Positions 1 through 11,157 of a stretch of DNA of 64,000 nucleotides are shown one piece after another. Position 1 is the first letter of the stretch. The number at the start of each line of letters is the position of its first letter. Position numbers and translations under genes: made by a program. Below the pieces are notes generated by a model. The model made no database searches and was not told where the DNA came from. It saw nothing but the letters and a program-made list of their open reading frames with translations. The DNA comes from Hemiscyllium ocellatum. Taxonomy: Eukaryota. The stretch is taken from contig NC_083416.1 of NCBI RefSeq assembly GCF_020745735.1, positions 40,387,131 to 40,451,130 of the forward strand, written 5' to 3'.

Positions 1-1170
1 GGCCAGCAGTGTTCCCCCAATCCAGTCACCGATCACCGGTGTTCCCCAATTCCAGCCACGGAAAACCGGTGTTCCCAACTCCAGCCACCGATTACCGGTG
101 TTCCCCAAATCCAGCCACTGGTCACCGGTGTTCCCACTCCAGCCACTGATCTCCTATGTACCCACTCCAGCCACTGACCACTGGTGTTCCCCAACTCCAG
201 CCACTGACCACCGGTGTTCCCACTCTAGTCACTGATCACCAGTGTTCCCCGCTTCAACCACCAATTACCGGTATTCCCCAACTACAGCCACTGACCTCCG
301 ATGTTCCCCAGCTCCAGACAACTGATCACTGGTGTTCCCACTCCAGCCATGACCTGCAGTGTTCCCCTACTCCAGTCACTGATCACCGGTGTTCCCCATC
401 TTCAGCCAAGGATCACAGGTGTTCCTCAACTCCAGCCACTGGTCAACGGTGTCCCGACTCCAGCCACTGACCACCAGTGTTCCACTACTCCAGTCAGTGA
501 TCCCCGGTGTTCCCCAACTCCAGCCACTGAAAACTGGTGTTCCCCAAATCCAGCCACTGGTCACTGGTGTCCCCACTCCACCAACGGTTCACCGGTGTAC
601 CCACTCCAGCCACTGACTACTGGTATTCCCCAACTCCAGTCTCTGACCTCCGGTGTTCCCCAACTCCAGCCACCAATCACCAGTGTCCCCACTCCAGCCA
701 CTGACCACAGTGTTCCCCAACTCCAGCCACTGACAATCGGTGTTCTCTAACTCCAACCTACAGATCACCAGTGTGCCCCAACTCCAGCCAAAGATCACCA
801 ATATTCCGCAATTCCAGCCACTGATCACAGGTTCCCCAACTCCAGTCAGTGATCACCAGTGTTTCCCAACTTCAGCCTCTGATCACCGGCGTCCACACTC
901 CCGGCACTTCAACCACCAATCACCGGTGTCCCTACTCCAGACACCGATCACCAGGTTTCCCAACTCCAGCCACTGCCCCCAATGTTCCCCAATTCCAGTC
1001 ACTGCTCACCAGTGTCCCCACTCGAGCCGCTGACCGCCGGTGTACCCACCCTAGTCACTGATCACCGGTGTTCCCCGCTCCAGCCACCAATTACCGGTAT
1101 TCCCCAACTCCAGCTACTGATAAACGGTGTTCCCCCAACTCTAGCCACAGATCACCGGTGTTCCCCAGTA
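1..1170. repeat. 30-bp minisatellite (consensus CTCCAGCCACTGATCACCGGTGTTCCCCAA), truncated by window start
   Basis: About 40 degenerate units of 28-31 bp. The 10-aa repeats in the ORF track (PQLQPLITGV, TPATDHRCSP) switch frame repeatedly because of unit-length variants. Confidence 0.95.
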
Positions 1171-2599
1171 ACACCAGTGAATGCTAGCATAGGTCAGTTA
1201 TCAGAGTGATAACTCAGTGAGCAGAGATAGTGAACAGGCTTTAATATGAAAACATAAGTAGCATGTTTTGGAAGAATCCAAGTTCCCACAGGGTAAAATA
1301 TGAAAGGCCAGCTAGAAGCACATCAAAATAGCCAAGTCTTCGGGTTAGAGGTTTTAGTACGATCAGAGTCTGTAGTAGGAATGAAAAGCAATGTTTTCAG
1401 TCTCCCTTTTTATTATTAGAGAAAACGTTATGCTCGCCTATAGGTTAAAAATACTGTATGTTGGGAGCGTGCATTCTTCTTGCTGACATGAGGATGAAGG
1501 TTCTCTGCTGTTATTATCTTGAAAAACTTGTTGCATCTGTTCTCCTTATACCCTCCAGCAACTTTACTTGCATTTGAAAACTCACTTCCCAACTGATAAA
1601 ACAACCATTTTTGACTTTGGATTATTAATGGCCATTTAAATCAAAGTTGTCAGTCAATTAATCAGTTTCTCACACCTATGACTATTTATCATTCCTGTGT
1701 GGTGTGATTGATAGATTCTTCTATTCAAGCTTTCCTGGGTGGTTGGGGAAGTTGTTTAGAATACTGGAAATGTCGTAATAGCTCGGATCTTGCTTCTGGT
1801 GATGACAGGTCTCATTGGCTGTGAGTAATTTTGGGTTTGAGCTGGTCCTTGGAGTCTGATCATTCTAAAACCAAGATTACATATATGGTCATTCTCAAGG
1901 TCCCTAATTGTGGCCTGTGGGGAGACTAGATCACCTGTGAATGTACTAATGTATGGTTTTCAAAAACAGCTTCAAAACCAAATACGTTATAATTCACTTT
2001 CGGCAAAGGTTTACAATTCAGATGTCATACCACAGGGGATTCTCGATCTTGACTATTCAAGCCACCTTCTGCAAATGCTTGAAGCTGTTTAAATCTTTTT
2101 TTGTGATTTAAATATTTCAACTCTTTTCTTCAGAAGCCAAAAATATACTTGATTAGCAGCAGCAATTTGCATCTTGGTGGTATGTCTGTCATTGAGGGAG
2201 ATCTCAAAGCACTTAACAGGGCAATTAACATCAAGTGGGTCAGAAAAACTGAACATAGTCACTCCATTTGAGAGCATTTATGAGGCATTTGGAAGGGAGA
2301 CAAAGTTATCAAGAGAGAGAAGTCCAAAGAATAGGCCATGGCTACTAAAGGAGTAAACATCACGAGTAAGATGGAAAGAACAAAGAATGAGATTTAGACA
2401 AATGTTGGAGGCTGGATGCAGGGACATACAATTGTGGTGAAACATGATCGATGGATGGTTGGGATTATGGAGAAATTTAACGGGTGAGGCCAAGACCTTA
2501 AAGTAAAATCCCTACATAGTGAATTTGCAAAACTTGACATAAACGGGATTCTATTTTATTTTACGTAAGTCAGAAATTATTTGCTCTGTTTTTCAAAAA

Positions 2600-2913
2600 T
2601 TAGATTAGATTACTTACAGTGTGGAAACAGGCCCTTCGGCCCAACAAGTCCACACTGACCCGCCGAAGCGCAACCCACCCATACCCCTACATTTACCCCT
2701 TCACCTAACACTACAGGCAATTTAGCATAGCCAATTCACCTGACCCGCACATCTTTGGACTGTGGGAGGAAACCGGAGCACCCGGAGGAAACCCACGCAG
2801 ACACGGGGAGAATGTGCAAACTCCACACAGTCAGTTGCCTGAGTCGGGAATTGAACCTGGGACTCAGGTGCTGTGAGACAACAGTGCTAACCACTGTGCC
2901 ACTGTGCCACCCA
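2600..2913 (-). mobile_element. HE1-type tRNA-derived SINE (V-SINE), near full length
   Basis: Minus strand has a tRNA-like head (GGGTGGCACAGTGGCACAGTGGTTAGCAC...GGTTCAATTCC), the V-domain (TGTGTGGAGTTTGCACATTCTCCCCGTG), a CR1-like tail and (AATCT)n. Confidence 0.92.
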
Positions 2914-2957
2914 CTAATTGAAATTTCTAAAAATGGACACAGTTTTCTTCAAAATTA

Positions 2958-3345
2958 AATTCATTCTCGGTATGCAGGTTTCACTGGCAAGGCCCATGTT
3001 TATTGGCTGTCCTGAGAAGTCTACGATAGTGTTGCTTCTTCAGCTACTAATAATCGTTTAATACAACTGAGTATCTTGCTAGACCACTTTACAGGAGAGT
3101 TAAAATGAGACATGTTGAATTAGAGCTAAAGTCATATGTTTGGATAAGGACAGTGGTTATACTTTTCAAAAACGCATTAATTAATCAGTTGGAATTTTAC
3201 GACAATTTGACAGTTGTCACCTTTATTGATATTAGTTGTTCTTGTACACAGAATTAAAATCTGGAATGCAATGTTTGGATTTGATCTTGAATTATCTGTA
3301 TTATTATTTCAGACCTTTGAATGACTACACCAGTGACAACTCAAG
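2958..3345 (-). mobile_element. Decayed tRNA-derived SINE of a second shark family
   Basis: Degenerate ATTCATTC...CACTGGCAAGGCC..TTTATTG end and internal GTAAGGAC/TTTTACGACAAT-like blocks; a related fragment lies at ~34360-34460. Confidence 0.55.
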
Positions 3346-3614
3346 GGTTTCAAACTATTCTGCTCGAGTAAACTTTTCTTTGCATCGTCTGTTTTGATCT
3401 GTTTTCAAATGGGAAAATATTATGTCGAGTAGCAAGTTTAATGTATCCGTTAATGGTTTTTCAGCCACTTCATTAGCATTTGCTTCCAATTCATTCAGTA
3501 GCAGCAGCAAACATGAAGCAACCTCAACTCCAGTTTTTAAATAATTACGTCCAAGGAGCTTCAATTTGAGAAGAAGAGGAAAATAAACGTCAGATTAAAG
3601 TCCAAACAGACAAA

Positions 3615-3818
3615 GCCTGTTTGATTGATGCTTCCCTGGATGTACAACTGGAGGCTCTAAAATGTCAAAGAGATGCACTTCCCAAACAATGGGAGGAAGA
3701 AGTGAACAGAGGAAACTAGGGAGATGCATTTAGAGGTTGCAAGCGAGGGGAAGTGGGTGTGTGATGGGGTCAGCAGCAGAAGTATGGTGCTCATATGCCT
3801 GGATTTAATACAGGAAAG
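3615..3818 (+). pseudogene. Harbinger Myb/SANT-like DNA-binding ORF, exon 1 relic
   Basis: Frameshifted translation ACLIDASLDVQLEALKCQRDAL..NGRKK*TEETREMHLEVA..VSSRSMV..WI*YRK, followed by donor AAG|GTGAGC. Matches the L-E-x-L...EVA..VS...W-x-QCRK pattern. Confidence 0.6.
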
Positions 3819-4260
3819 GTGAGCACAGTGACATATTAACCTGCAGCTATATGTCAACCTGGGTTTCAATGAATATCCAGATGAACGTCTGAGGGTACTC
3901 CATGAAGTAACTGTGACCTAAGTAGTTATACTGTAGGAGCCTGTTAGAAGATTGGACTTAGTGGCCAGATCACGGAGCTCTATTGCCATATCATCATGCA
4001 TTGTGAATAAATGTTGCTCAAAAGAAATCTGTATGTCTGATCAGAGCTTGTGTGACAGACAGAATAACCCATAGTAGCAGAAGTTGAAATACCATTCTGT
4101 GCTAGATCGTGCTTTTCTCTGAGGAATCTGAAGAACTATGAAACTAGACTAAGTGGCCATAAGGAAAGGTTGAGAAAGAATGAGGCAAAAATACTGGGAA
4201 GGATTCCTAAATACAGTGAGTTGAAGACTTACTGAAGGGAGGTAACTTGAAGTGTACTTC

Positions 4261-5092
4261 AAGTTAGAAGTCACACAACACCAGGTAATAGTCCAACAGG
4301 TTTATTTGAAATCACAGGCTTTCAGAGCATAGCCCCTTCATCAGGTGAAGTAAGAGAGAAGTCCACAGGCACAGAATTTATAGGCTGAGAGATCAAGAGA
4401 TCATACAAATGGTGTGAGTGAAGTGTTGAATGATAAGTCTCTGCAGGTGACCAAGAGTGTTAGACAGTGTGAGTAAAGTATCAATAGCTGAATAACATGT
4501 GAAGGGATGAATTAAAATCTGATTCAATGAGGCAGAGGGATAATTACAAAAATTTAGTAATTGAATGGTGCTGGAGACAAACCAAATGACTGGAATAACA
4601 TGGAATAAAAACAGAAGCTGCTGGAAATGCCTAGAAAAACAAGAGGAAGGGTCACCGGACCTGAAACATTAACCCTGCTGGGTTTTTCCAGCGGCTTCTG
4701 CTTTTGTTCCATGCTATTCCAGTCAATTGGTTCATCTCCAGCACCACTTTATTTTTAGTTTTTTATAATTATCTCTCTGCCTCATTTAATCAGATTATGG
4801 GTCATCCCTTCACTTGTTTGTTCAGCCATTGACAATTTGCTCACACCGTCTATCACACTTGGTCATCTGCAGACATTTGTTATTTGACTCTCCCCTCACA
4901 CCATTTGTGTAATCTTTTGATCTCTCTGCCCATAAATTCTGTTTCTGTGTATTTCCCCCTCATGTCACCTGACAAAGCGACTACGCTCCAAAAGCTTGTC
5001 ATTTCACATAAACCTGTTGGACTATAATCTGGTGTTGTGAGATTTCTGACTTAATCCACCTCAGTCCAACACCAGCACCTCCACATCATGAC
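4261..5092. mobile_element. Palindromic PLE pseudo-LTR element (two inverted ~370-bp arms plus a 40-bp tail)
   Basis: 4261-4628 is the reverse complement of 4685-5052. The 3' end (AAACCTGTTGGACTATAA..TGGTGTTGTG..CAGTCCAACACC) matches the PLE end at 25430-25512. Confidence 0.85.
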
Positions 5093-6347
5093 TTAATTGA
5101 AGTTGAAGCATATCTGCATCAGCCAAGCAGTCATGCCCCTTCTGATATAGGTCGAAATATCAGATTGAAGCAAAGATGTGAATTGCACAATCACTTGGTC
5201 AAGTGGACATTGATGACCCTACAGCCAAAAAAGATTATTTAAACCAAGATTACCAGTCAGTAAAGACAAGAGTTTTAATTCGGGAGCAACTATCATTGTG
5301 CAGCTGATAATTTGGAATGCCTTCAAATTGTATCCCTTCAGGCATGAGAAGGTTTGAGAGGACACATTTTTTCCATTTAGTTAATTTTAAAACAATGCTT
5401 CCCCATAACTAGTAATGTTATTAGGAAACCTATTTACATCTTGCTGAATCAGAGAAAATCCTTGGTATAGTGACACGGTTGTGTCAAACGTGGTCTTCCA
5501 CACCAGCTAAAGCAAAACCACTCTGTGCCAAGATGATGGCTGTATTCCATTCTGTGAGGAGTTACCTCAGTCTATACTGGAACATGAGCTTTCATCTCAA
5601 ATAGATTGGACCATATTTTGTGAAGATTTTCCACAGTTTCCTAGATTATTGCAATATATCAAGAAGATTTTTTTGTGTATGTGTGTGTGAAGAACCAACT
5701 CAGTTTTGAAGACTTTGATTAACTTCATGGAACCCCTTCTTCACAGTGCTCAAAGAAAATGGAACGTTCTTCAAAGATTCCTCACCAGGAAATACATCCA
5801 GGAGTGAAACTGAATTAAGAAATGCTATCATTAGGTCCAATTCTGTCATTTTCAAAGGAAAGTCTTATATTACCTACCTCTTCAGTCCTTGATACTGTAG
5901 ATCCAGATCCCTCTGTTGTACTTTTAGATCAGATGAACATCATGTTTCCCCTCCTGTATTGGTGGTGCCAGGTTATGTGAGCAATAATATTCACTAAGAA
6001 ACATCATGTGTAGCTGTTGAAGATGTGAAGTACTAGCAGTGGTAAAACGTTGGCAAATAATCATTGAATTATTTAATCTTGACATGATTGTCTACAATGA
6101 TGCTGAGTAGGAAACTCTCCTTATGCAGGAAAGTCTTTCAACAAACTTGAAGGATGATATTTTGTAGGAGAGCCCAGAGTTTCTCAAAAAAATCTTCATC
6201 AAGCGTTCCAGATGTATGATTAGTTTTCAACCTTAAAGTTTCCCTCATATTTCGTTTCTTTGAGCATGCTTTTCTGTAATGGCAGATGTAGCATTGGCTG
6301 GTCTGAAAGCAAATCTTCCATTGCAGGGAGCAATCTCTGAAGATTCA

Positions 6348-6960
6348 AATAAAAGTGAACTACTGTCGATGCTAGAGATCTGAAACAGGTTGGTCACTAT
6401 CTGTGGAGAGAGACACAGAGTTAATGCTTTGAGTCCAATACGACTTATTTTGGTGAACAAAATGAACTGAAAAATTAGGATTAATATGTTGTTGACAAAG
6501 GAACAGAGAAATAAGTAGAACATGTGGTGTTGTTGACCAGAGCAAAATGCAAAGCAAGTGCTAACAGTAGTAGAAGAGAAATGTAGATGAAGTGTAAATG
6601 TTAATGGTATGAACTGTAGGTGTTAAAAATAGAAAATAGATCAACTCTGCTGCAAACAACACATGCAAAAAATACCTGGAGAGAGTGTGGAGGGGATGGA
6701 GGTGCATCTGAAATGGAGAACAATATTCATGTATTGAGGTTTCTAAACTCAATGTTGGGTCCTGAGGCTGTAAAATTTCTAAGTGGAAAAGGAAATGCTA
6801 TTCATCCAATAGCTTCATTGAAACACTGCACTAGACCTCGAACAGACATGTTAGCATGAAACCAAGATGGTGTTTTGAAATAGCAAGTGACTAAACAGTT
6901 GGTGTCATTCAGGAGGAGAGTACAAGTCACTAAGAAAAGGGAGAGAACTGAAGATTGATC
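6348..6960 (-). mobile_element. Decayed Penelope-like element 3' end (GIY-YIG C-terminus plus pLTR)
   Basis: Minus translation CYFKTPSWFHANMSVRGLVQCFNEA parallels HFNSP.HS...M.V.GL of the PLE copies at 37931 and 59782. A pLTR relic lies at 6348-6450. Confidence 0.7.
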
Positions 6961-7044
6961 TCCAAAGATCTTCCAATTGACAGCTGTAGAGGAGGATACA
7001 TTGGCGATCAATGCAGTTACATTTAGCACAATAGAAAGGATACA

Positions 7045-8130
7045 TTTAGAACACATGGAAGTTGTCAACTCAGCCCATCTTGTCAAAGCACACCCAGATG
7101 TTCCTTCTAACCCCATCTTCCTTCACACAGCTTATAGCCCTGCACCTTGTAACACTTAAGGTGCAGATTCAGGCACATTTTAAAAGAGTTTAGTGTCTCT
7201 GACTCCACCACCGACTCAGGCAGTGAATTCCAGACACCTGCCACCCTTTGTGTAAAAAGGGTTTTCCTCTTGTTCCCTCTAATGCTACTGCCACCTGGCT
7301 TTAATCTATGAGCCCTAATTTTTAAACTCTTTTCCAGGTCAAACAGGTTGCTCCTGTTGACCCTGTCTCTAACCATCACAATTTTGTACACCTCAATCAT
7401 GTCACTCTTCTTTACTCCAAGGAAAACAATACCAATCTCTCCTCATAGTTATAATTCTCCAGCCCTGGCAATATTCTTGTAAATCTTCTCTGCAGTCTCT
7501 CCAGAACAGTTATATTGTTCCTGTAATGTGGTGACAAGAATTCACACAATACTCCAGTTGTGGGCTCACTAGTATCGTATACAGTTTCATCACTACATCT
7601 TCACTTTTGTATTCTACATCTCGACCAATGAAGGAGAGCATTCTATATGCCTTTTTACCACCTTACCTACATGTAATCTTACTTTTAGAGACCTGTGCAT
7701 TTGCACGTCATCATTTCTCACTTTATCTACTCCTCTTAGTATCTTCCCATTTATTGTTTATTCCCTTTACTGATTGACCTCCCTAAATACATTACCTCAC
7801 ACTTATCAAAGTTAAACTCCATCTGCCACTTTCCTGCCCACTATATCAACCCATCTATAAAATTTTGCAGCTTATAGCTACCCTCTACACTATCCACTAC
7901 TCAGTCAAATTTTGTGCCATCTGTAAATTTCCCAATTGTGCTTCCCATGCTCAAGTCCAAATTGTTAATGTATAAAACAAATAGCAGGGGTCCCACCACC
8001 CAGCGCTGCGGAACAGCACTTGAAACAATTTTTCATTTGCAAGGGCAGCCATTGGCCATAAACCTTTGTTTCCCGCTACCATGTTAACTTTGGATCCAAT
8101 TCAACGCATTGCCTGTGTCCCATGGGCTTT
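7045..8130 (-). mobile_element. CR1 LINE 3' portion (RT C-terminus and tail)
   Basis: ORF 7107-7400 reads IEVYKI...LFTQRVAGVWNSLPESVVESETLNSFK, the typical CR1 ORF2 C-terminus. Confidence 0.9.
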
Positions 8131-8303
8131 TATTTTATTGTTTTGTAGATGCAGAACTGAGAACTTCCCACATACCGGGAAGTGACCTCCTTAAGTAAAA
8201 GTCACTCAATTGTTTGATATCCTTGATTTGAATGGTGAGTGAAACATAATCATCTTCATAACTTGTAGCTTTGCCAGAGCTAATCATCTCTTTTATCTCT
8301 TTT

Positions 8304-8594
8304 GGGCAGCACAATGCCAGAGACCCGGGTTCAATTCCCACCTCGGGCAACTGTCTGTGTGGAGTTTGCACATTCTCCCCGTGTCTGCATGGGTTTCCTC
8401 TGGGTGCTCCGGCTTCCTCCCACAGTCCAAAGATGTGCAGGTCAGGTGAATTGGCCATGCTAAATTGCCCATAGTGTTAGGTAAAGAGGTAAATGTAGGG
8501 GAATGGGTCTGGGTGGGTTGCTCTTCGGAGGATTGGTGTGGACTTGTTGGGCCGAAGGGCCTGTTTCCACACTGTAAGTAATCTAACCTAATCT
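8304..8594 (+). mobile_element. HE1-type SINE
   Basis: B-box GGTTCAATTCCC, V-domain and AATCT tail. Inserted in a pyrimidine tract upstream of CCAACAG (8595-8601). Confidence 0.92.
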
Positions 8595-9638
8595 CCAACA
8601 GAGCCTTGGCACCAAAAGCATGAGTCAGCGGAGATAATGAATGACGATTCCTTAGAGGAGCTGCATGTTTCTGAGGGTATATTTTCACAAGATTCATCCA
8701 GCACCTCAGAAATTCATTATTCAGCATGGCCAGTAAGTTGGAAATAAAATATTCATCTGATGTGTCACCAGTCACCAAGGGCCAATGATAGAGGCAGTGG
8801 AAAATCCATCTCAGACAATGCAGCTCTCTTTCAACCCAGTTTACTTGGATGCAGATAACATAGCAGAGGCACCACTGATGAAAAAAAAGAACTGTAAAAT
8901 AAACTCACAACAATGCAGAGAAAATAGAGGATCCTGCCGCACGCATGAGTGAACTGATATTGCACTCCATTCAGATAATGAAGGATAAAGTGATCAGCAG
9001 CATGGAATGTCAAACACTCCAACCACACTTGAGCTTAACAAAGCTTGCTTTTATAGAGACATAGGTGGGGCTGTCTTTGGCAATACTCTTTCAGTTCCGA
9101 AAACTAGAAAGCATTGAGAGCAGGGATCTAAGCAGCCTAACCCCACCCTTGTAAAAGCCACTGCTATTGCTTCATATCAGAAAACAGGGAAGAACAGAGT
9201 GATCACTCACAAAGATGACTTTTAATATGGTTAAAATAGGCTTCTGTTGCTTGTTTAACTCATATGAATGCGGTTATCTTTCAGTATTTTCACATTTTGA
9301 CAATTTTTGTTTGCTGGGTGAATAGTAGTTTTGAATTTATTTGATGATGAAGTGAATTACTGAAAAGCAATGGGGAGGATGTTTGTTATTTACAGTTGTG
9401 CTGTCTCCCAGGGACATTGCAGCATAGGTACAGGAATGGTAGCAAACATATTTCTTATTTCCTTACAAAATAAATGGTGCAATTTAAATGGACATGTATT
9501 AGTAAGAGCTTTCCTAGTAGCAATATATGCAACTGGGAGTATATTTCCCTCATCACACTCCATCTTCCTTTTCCCTCTCAGAATCTGAGCTTTTTTCCCT
9601 TGGTCCTCCTGAATAGTCATGTCTCACTGAAGTACAGT

Positions 9639-10023
9639 GTTGTGCAGAGCACCAGAACAGCTTTGAAAATCCTAACAGGTGTGTGCTGCAAGTGCCTCCA
9701 GACCTGCTTTGAAAGATACCTTCAGCATGCCAGTGCCATGTTCAATTACAAATCTAACGAGCACACTGTGCTCATTGCAGTGCTGTTGGGCTTCAGTAAT
9801 CAGGTTTCTGATGGATGGCATAAGCCAGGTTTACAGCAGGTAGCTGTTGTTGCCTGAGAACACAGTTTGCATAATTGCCTAACCTAGCGAACAAGCCATC
9901 AGTGATTTATCTCATCTGCAGGCCCCTGACTGGGACACCCTGGCTGTGCCTGAAGAAAGCCCCGGAAGGATTCAGAAGCAAAATGATGAGGGAGAGGGTG
10001 ACTTGGACCATGGCTGGTAATGC
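9639..10023 (-). pseudogene. HARBI1-like Harbinger DDE transposase relic
   Basis: Minus-strand pieces in expected order: ALPAMVQVTL..FASESF, VSQSGAC..ITDGLFAR, GNNSYLL*TWLMPSIRNLITEAQQHCNEHSVLVRFVIEHGTGMLK, RSGG.LQHTP, ALHN. These match GDxGY..WLMTP..YN..H..R..IE..G.LK..SGG.LQ..LHN. Confidence 0.8.
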
Positions 10024-11157
10024 AAAGTCAAAACATATTGCAAGTTGTCAAGATGATCATATTTTACTCACTACTGAAACCAAATCAACAAGACTGAGGG
10101 CCGTATGACTTGTGTGTGACTTTTATTTAAGTTTGTCACTGGTCCAGCAGAGGAAACTGATAGTCATCAAAAAGACAGCAAACACCTGTCACCTATTAAT
10201 GTGACAAATTGAATCTCTCCAGACACTTCTGGTGGCGTAGATTTATAGTCATATCGCAGGCAAACAAATTCTTTGGTCTGACCATGTGATGGAAAGTCAG
10301 CCTATGCTGACATATTTCAGGGATTCTATCTTCTGTTTCTGCTACCTCACTGGGCTGGTCTCTTGGATGATGTGCAGCTAATGGTTCGAGACCAGGAGAC
10401 TGCTGTTAACTGCATCTGATACTGCTCATTTTGCTCCTCATCTAAGGCCTAATCTTAAGCAGCATTAACATATCCAAACTGATGATCAGCCACGCTTCCA
10501 AAATAAGTAAAATTTCCAACGGTCGAAGGTTAACCATCAGCAAAAAAAAAGTGCATGGTCAGTTCTTTTCCTCACTAGCAGGTAAGTATGCTGCTCCAAG
10601 TACTGATTACATCCTGTCTTCCTTCCCTGAGATTAATTGAGCACTTTTCATTGCTGTTGTGTCCTCATCTCGCTTTTATTGACTAGCTCCAGGAAGGCTG
10701 AGAAACTTAAGGCTCAACAATCAATTTAAATGGCTATCTAAATATCATTTTAACTGAGGGAGTAATATATGTTCATCAGTGTGGTAAGATCAGGTCTCCA
10801 TTCAAGTAAATGAACATGAACAGGATTTATTGAGCTGTATTCAGGGATGGTAAGAAATGACCATTTCTAGAAATTCACAGACACAGACTCCAGGCTCATG
10901 TGATCTGACATCATTATGATGTAACTCCTTATGCACATGATCAGGAGATAGTCTTAGATTAAATAATTAATCTTTAACTTCCCATCTCTCCATAAGTCTT
11001 TACAATTATGCCTCAGTGGAGTAGCACTCTGGAAATCAAGTCCCACTGCCCTACAAGTCATCATAAAAGCAAAAGTAACTGAATCTAAGTGTGTAAAGTC
11101 CAAAACTTGCCTGTTAGACTCACCCACAGTAACACACTGAAGTGAAATCAAGACAGT

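Larger units (their letters stand above)
3600..10450. mobile_element. Fossil PIF/Harbinger DNA transposon (Myb/SANT ORF on +, DDE transposase on -), split by younger insertions
   Basis: Convergent Myb-like and HARBI1-like relics, listed below as pseudogene features. Termini are uncertain. Confidence 0.65.

Noticed and set aside
1-1170. CRISPR-like periodicity
   Set aside because: Units are contiguous without unique spacers, the context is eukaryotic, and there are no cas genes.
156-1209. Pro/Thr-rich ORFs resembling a mucin
   Set aside because: Produced by the 30-bp repeat; variable unit lengths shift the frame repeatedly, so no continuous ORF exists.
8293-8778. 161-aa ORF and other CGRKPEHPEETH ORFs
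   Set aside because: Antisense translation of the HE1 SINE; a common false protein in fish annotations.
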